The notes under the pieces are model-generated. The model searched no databases. It saw only the letters and a program-made list of their open reading frames with translations, and was not told the DNA's origin. Both the position numbers and the translations under genes were made by a program. Positions 61,101 to 64,000 of a stretch of 64,000 nt of DNA are shown here, in pieces (the first letter of the stretch is position 1; each line of letters starts with the position of its first letter). The stretch covers positions 1 to 64,000 of the forward strand of contig CAXIUT010000291.1 of assembly GCA_964035545.1 (NCBI GenBank). The letters run 5' to 3'. This DNA comes from Bugula neritina. Its lineage: Eukaryota; Animalia; Bryozoa.

Positions 61101-64000
61101 CCTGTTCGACGCCGCTCTGCCAGTTAAAGGCCGCCACGTTGCTGGCCGCGAGGCTGAATGAGAGGTAATCGGCGCTGGTATCTTCGGTCGGTGCATCCGC
61201 CCGTGAACTCTGGCTCCAGGCGGTACCGGTGATCGGGTTTTGAATATCTTGTGCCACAAAGCGATCCGCTCCGGTGGCGGTGGGTACACGAATGGTCACC
61301 TGGCCGGTCATACTAAGGTCGGGTGAAGGCGTCCGGTTTGGTGTCATAAAGACACGGTAGCGCGCATTCGCTGCATCCCAGCGAATAGTGTAGTCGAGCG
61401 CACAACTGTCGGCTTGTGCGGTCACCGTTAAGCGGTAATCCTCGACCTCACCGTCACTGGCGGCAGTAGTACTATCCAGTCCCTGCGTCGCGGACCAGCG
61501 GAAGCGGGCAAAGGTCGGATTAGTGGTCGCGGAAGAGGGCGGCGTGACGTTAAAAGTAATCGTGCCATCGCTGGCGGTTGTATCGTCGGCGTTGCCATCA
61601 TCCTGTAAATCGGTGGCGACCTGTTCGCCCGCCTCAAAAGCACCGTTACCATTCCAGTCAATCCAGCCCTGTAGGTAACCACTGGCACCACTCACGGTAG
61701 CGGTAATAGTAGCCACCGTACCCTGGGTTAGGGTTGGGATACTGATACCATCATCATCATTCGTACCATCGTTGTCGTCACCGTCGGCACCGGGACTGGC
61801 CTGACTGGTGCTATCAGCATCCGGCGCAGCGCTACCGAGATAGGTGCCGCTCACGATAGTGTGACTGGCTTCACCATAACTATTAGTACTGCTGCCATCC
61901 GGCGCTGTGCCCGATACCGGCGCATCACCGTAATCCATGCTGCTGCTACAAGCGGCGGGTAGTTCGAGATTCTGACAGTAGTTATTGTCATTTGCACCGC
62001 CCCAGCCCAGATTGGTGAATTGGTTACCCGGTATTGTATTGGCTGAATTCGGGAAGACATTAAACGGATCACTGTTCGCCAGTAACGAGACATCACCGAG
62101 GCAGGCTCCGCCATTTTCGAAGCTGAATACTTCCTGCTCGACACCGGTCTGCCAGTTAAAGGCTGCCACGTTGTTGGCCGCGAGGCTGAATGAGAGGTAA
62201 TCGGCCGTATTATCTTCGTTCGGTGCGTCGGTGCGTGAATTCTGACTCCAGGTGGTACCAGTGATCGGGTTTTGCAGATCCTGGGCCACAAAGCGATCAG
62301 CTCCGCTCGCGGTGGGGACGCGTATGGTTACCTGACCGGTCAGACTGAGGTCAGGCGAAGGTGTCCGGTTCGGCGTCATAAAGACACGGTAACGTGCATT
62401 CGCGGCATCCCAGCGAATAGTGTAGTCGAGCGCACAACTGGCAGCTTGTGCGATCACTGCTAAGCGGTAATCCTCCACTTCACCGTCACTGGCGGCGGTG
62501 GTGCTATCCAGCCCCTGTGTCGCGGACCAGCGGAAGCGGGCAAAGGTCGGATTAGTTGTTGCGGAAGAGGGCGGCGTGACGTTAAAGGTAATCGTGCCAT
62601 CGCTGGCGGTTGTATCGTCAGCGTTGCCATCATCCTGTAAATCGGTGGCGACCTGTTCGCCCGCCTCAAAAGCACCGTTACCATTCCAGTCAATCCAGCC
62701 CTGTAGGTAACCACCGGCACCACTCACCGTAGCGGTAATAGTAGCCACCGTGCCCTGGGTTAGGGTCGGGATACTGATACCATCATCATCATTCGTACCA
62801 TCGTTATCGTCACCCTCTGCGCTGGAGCTGGCCTGATTGGCACTGTCAGCATCCGGCGCGGCGCTACCGAGATAGGTGCCGCTCACGATAGTGTGACTGG
62901 CTTCACCGTAACTATTAGTACTGCTGCCATCCGGCGCTGTGCCTGATACCGGCGCATCACCGTAATCCACGCTGCTGCTACAAGCGGCGGGTAGTTCGAG
63001 ATTCTGACAATAGTTATTGTCATTTGCACCGCCCCAGCCCAGATTGGTGAACTGGTTACCCGGTATTGTATTGGCTGAATTCGGGAAGACATTAAACGGA
63101 TCACTGTTCGCCAGTAACGAGACATCACCGAGGCAGGCTCCGCCATTCTCGAAGCTGAATACTTCCTGCTCGACACCGCTCTGCCAGTTAAAGGCTGCCA
63201 CGTTGTTGGCCGCCAGGCTGAACGAGAGGTAATCGGCCGTATTATCTTCGTTCGGTGCGTCGGTGCGTGAATTCTGACTCCAGGTGGTACCAGTGATCGG
63301 GTTTTGCAGATCCTGGGCCACAAAGCGATCCGCTCCGCTCGCGGTGGGGACGCGTATGGTTACCTGACCGGTCAGGCTGAGGTCAGGCGAAGGTGTCCGG
63401 TTCGGCGTCATAAAGACACGGTAACGTGCATTCGCTGCGTCCCAGCGAATAGTGTAGTCGAGTGCGCAACTGGCAGCTTGTGCGATCACTGCTAAGCGGT
63501 AATCCTCCACTTCACCGTCACTGGCGGCGGTGGTGCTATCCAGTCCCTGCGTCGCGGACCAGCGGAAGCGGGCAAAGGTCGGATTAGTGGTGGCGGAAGA
63601 GGGCGGTGTGACGTTAAAGGTAATCGTGCCATCGCTGGCGGTTGTATCGTCAGCGTTGCCATCATCCTGTAAATCGGTGGCGACCTGTTCGCCCGCCTCA
63701 AAGGCACCGTTACCATTCCAGTCAATCCAGCCCTGTAGGTAACCACCAGCACCACTTACCGTAGCGGTAATAGTAGCCACCGTGCCCTGGGTTAGCGTCG
63801 GGATATTGATACCATCGTCATCATTCGTACCATCGTTATCGTCACCGTCGGCACCGGGACTGGCCTGACTGGTGCTATCAGCATCCGGCGCAGCGCTACC
63901 GAGATAGGTGCCGCTCACGATAGTGTGGCTGGCTTCACCGTAACTATTGGTGCTGCTGCCATCCGGCGCTGTGCCCGATACCGGCGCATCACCGTAATCC
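55126..64000 (-). CDS. Giant repetitive surface protein (8 GEVED domains alternating with 7 beta-sandwich modules, then SdrD-B-like and DUF11-like domains); 5' end outside window
   Basis: DYGDAP...WIDWNGNG.F...RFRW...DGEVEDY units; the frame stays open to the window edge. Confidence 0.9.
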   Translation of the reverse strand, partial: DYGDAPVSGTAPDGSSTNSYGEASHTIVSGTYLGSAAPDADSTSQASPGADGDDNDGTNDDDGINIPTLTQGTVATITATVSGAGGYLQGWIDWNGNGAFEAGEQVATDLQDDGNADDTTASDGTITFNVTPPSSATTNPTFARFRWSATQGLDSTTAASDGEVEDYRLAVIAQAASCALDYTIRWDAANARYRVFMTPNRTPSPDLSLTGQVTIRVPTASGADRFVAQDLQNPITGTTWSQNSRTDAPNEDNTADYLSFSLAANNVAAFNWQSGVEQEVFSFENGGACLGDVSLLANSDPFNVFPNSANTIPGNQFTNLGWGGANDNNYCQNLELPAACSSSVDYGDAPVSGTAPDGSSTNSYGEASHTIVSGTYLGSAAPDADSANQASSSAEGDDNDGTNDDDGISIPTLTQGTVATITATVSGAGGYLQGWIDWNGNGAFEAGEQVATDLQDDGNADDTTASDGTITFNVTPPSSATTNPTFARFRWSATQGLDSTTAASDGEVEDYRLAVIAQAASCALDYTIRWDAANARYRVFMTPNRTPSPDLSLTGQVTIRVPTASGADRFVAQDLQNPITGTTWSQNSRTDAPNEDNTADYLSFSLAANNVAAFNWQTGVEQEVFSFENGGACLGDVSLLANSDPFNVFPNSANTIPGNQFTNLGWGGANDNNYCQNLELPAACSSSMDYGDAPVSGTAPDGSSTNSYGEASHTIVSGTYLGSAAPDADSTSQASPGADGDDNDGTNDDDGISIPTLTQGTVATITATVSGASGYLQGWIDWNGNGAFEAGEQVATDLQDDGNADDTTASDGTITFNVTPPSSATTNPTFARFRWSATQGLDSTTAASDGEVEDYRLTVTAQADSCALDYTIRWDAANARYRVFMTPNRTPSPDLSMTGQVTIRVPTATGADRFVAQDIQNPITGTAWSQSSRADAPTEDTSADYLSFSLAASNVAAFNWQSGVEQEVFSFENGGACLGDVALLENSDPFNVFPNSAGNRPGNQFTNLGWGAFSANNYCQNLELPAACSSSVDYGDAPVSGTAPDGSSTNSYGEASHTIVSSTYLGSAAPDADSANQASPSAEGDDNDGTNDDDGISIPTLTQGTVATITATVSGAGGYLQGWIDWNGNGTFDAGEQVATDLQDDGNADDTTASDGTITFNVTPPSSTTTNPTFARFRWSATQGLDSTTAASDGEVEDYRLTVTAQADSCALDYTIRWDAANARYRVFMTPNRTPSPDLSMTGQVTIRVPTATGADRFVAQDIQNPITGTTWSQSSRADAPTEDNTADYLSFSLAASTASAFNWQSGVEQEVFSFENGGACLGDVALFEDSDPFNISPNSVGNRPGNQFTNLGWGGANDNNYCQNLELPAACSSSMDYGDAPVSGTAPDGSSTNSYGEASHNIVSSTYLGSAAPDADSANQASPSAEGDDNDGTNDDDGINIPTLTQDTVATITATVSGAGGYLQGWIDWNGNGAFEAGEQVATDLQDDGNADDTTASDGTITFNVTPPSSATTNPTFARFRWSATQGLDSTTAASDGEVEDYRLTVTAQADSCALDYTIRWDAANARYRVFMTPNRTPSPDLSMTGQVTIRVPTATGADRFVAQDIQNPITGTTWSQSSRADAPTEDNTADYLSFSLAASTASAFNWQSGVEQEVFSFENGGACLGDVALFEDSDPFNISPNSVGNRPGNQFTNLGWGGANDNNYCQNLELPAACTSSMDYGDAPVSGTAPDGSSTNSYGEASHNIVSSTYLGSAAPDADSANQASPSAEGDDNDGTDDDDGISIPTLTQGTVATITATVSGAGGYLQGWIDWNGNGAFDAGEQVATDLQDDGNADDTTASDGTITFNVTPPSSATTNPTFARFRWSTTAGLDHTTTTSDGEVEDYRLTVTAQADSCALDYTIRWDAANARYRVFMTPNRTPSPDLSMTGQVTIRVPTATGAGRFVAQDIQNPITGTTWSQSSRADAPTEDNTADYLSFSLAASTASAFNWQSGVEQEVFSFENGGACLGDVALFEDSDPFNISPNSVGNRPGNQFTNLGWGGANDNNYCQNLELPAACTSSMDYGDAPVSGTAPDGSSTNSYGEASHNIVSSTYLGSAAPDADSANQASPSAEGDDNDGTDDDDGISIPTLTQGTVATITATVSGAGGYLQGWIDWNGNGTFEAGEQVATDLQDDGNADDTTASDGTITFNVTPPSSTTTNPTFARFRWSTTAGLDHTTTTSDGEVEDYSLRVFEVQPAGCELDYTIRWDDVNRRYRVFMTPNSVPSPDLSSTGQVTIRVPTATGISQFIPQDIQSSITGTAWSFDSRQDAPPEDTSVDYLSFSLAASNAAAFNWQTGVEQEVFSFENTGACLGQVALIENSDPFNVLPNSAGTRPANQFTNFGWGGVDDNNYCRNLEVPAVCTIITDYGDAPVSGSAPNGSNTNTYGAASHAIISSIYLGSTTPDADSANQASPNADGDDSDGANDDNGINIPTLTQGKSADITATVNGANGYLQGWIDFNGDGDFTDSGEQIAIDLQDGDTDGSITIPVTVPLNAITNPTFARFRWSTTAGLDHTTAANDGEVEDYMLTVEPGGFNVGGRVFNDSNANTNNDATEAGIGGVAIVLYDTNSNTCISTRTNANGDYLFTRVLPGDYQVYEAAGESAPNPQHCDPANARDPSGYLSTTANNSVTFTVSNTHVSGLNFGDIKPPAFELDNEQTILPNSAILHPHIFTAQSDGSVSFTIAAENANPTTLNWGRQLLLDANCDGRLSSANGDSAMPASINVTAGQRVCVLVKVVSPPNATTGAMHVIDIQSDFSYGDDSLGLTNNRQIHQNITRSLAGTTTAPPVDPVVDPVGTPDPVAGEGKLALVKSVWNVTRNIDGNVVLPGETLRYTISYRNIGNGPLNELVINDAIPAFTEIVQGSMLCTDKPAELPLCTTNENPDGSLDWAWTVNDKLNPGSSGTVSYQVTVE
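56280..64000 (-). repeat. Tandem ~1032-bp (344-aa) intragenic repeats, ~7.5 units
   Basis: Shadow ORFs recur at 57857, 58889, 59921, 60953, 61985, 63017 (period 1032). Confidence 0.95.

Overview
Gammaproteobacterial chromosomal window. The gene repertoire (DUF1566 pairs, a giant GEVED adhesin, the rne-rluC-HAD-S49 block) suggests a marine Thiotrichales-like organism; this is inference. Layout: (1) 2.6-19.9 kb is an AT-richer accessory island of Cys-rich secreted proteins: two mucin/CILP WxxW(CysD)-like paralogs, two DUF1566 lectin-like proteins and a 'GMTW...NCW' family. It faces a split Bacteroides-HTCS-like sensor kinase and a REC-AraC regulator, has a conserved tandem-repeat motif upstream of three transcription units, and is hit by four IS copies. 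(2) At ~21.9-22.3 kb an unannotated sigma54-driven, A-rich, terminator-bounded non-coding unit resembles a CrcZ-type Hfq sponge RNA. (3) The rest is mostly core genes (nit-tldD-pmbA, tRNA-Val, scpB, rne, rluC, aas, cysE, yghU) with two TA modules, two AAA_14/DUF4143 ATPases carrying palindromic operators, and the 3' part of a giant adhesin built of 1032-bp repeats. Several single-base frameshifts may be assembly errors.
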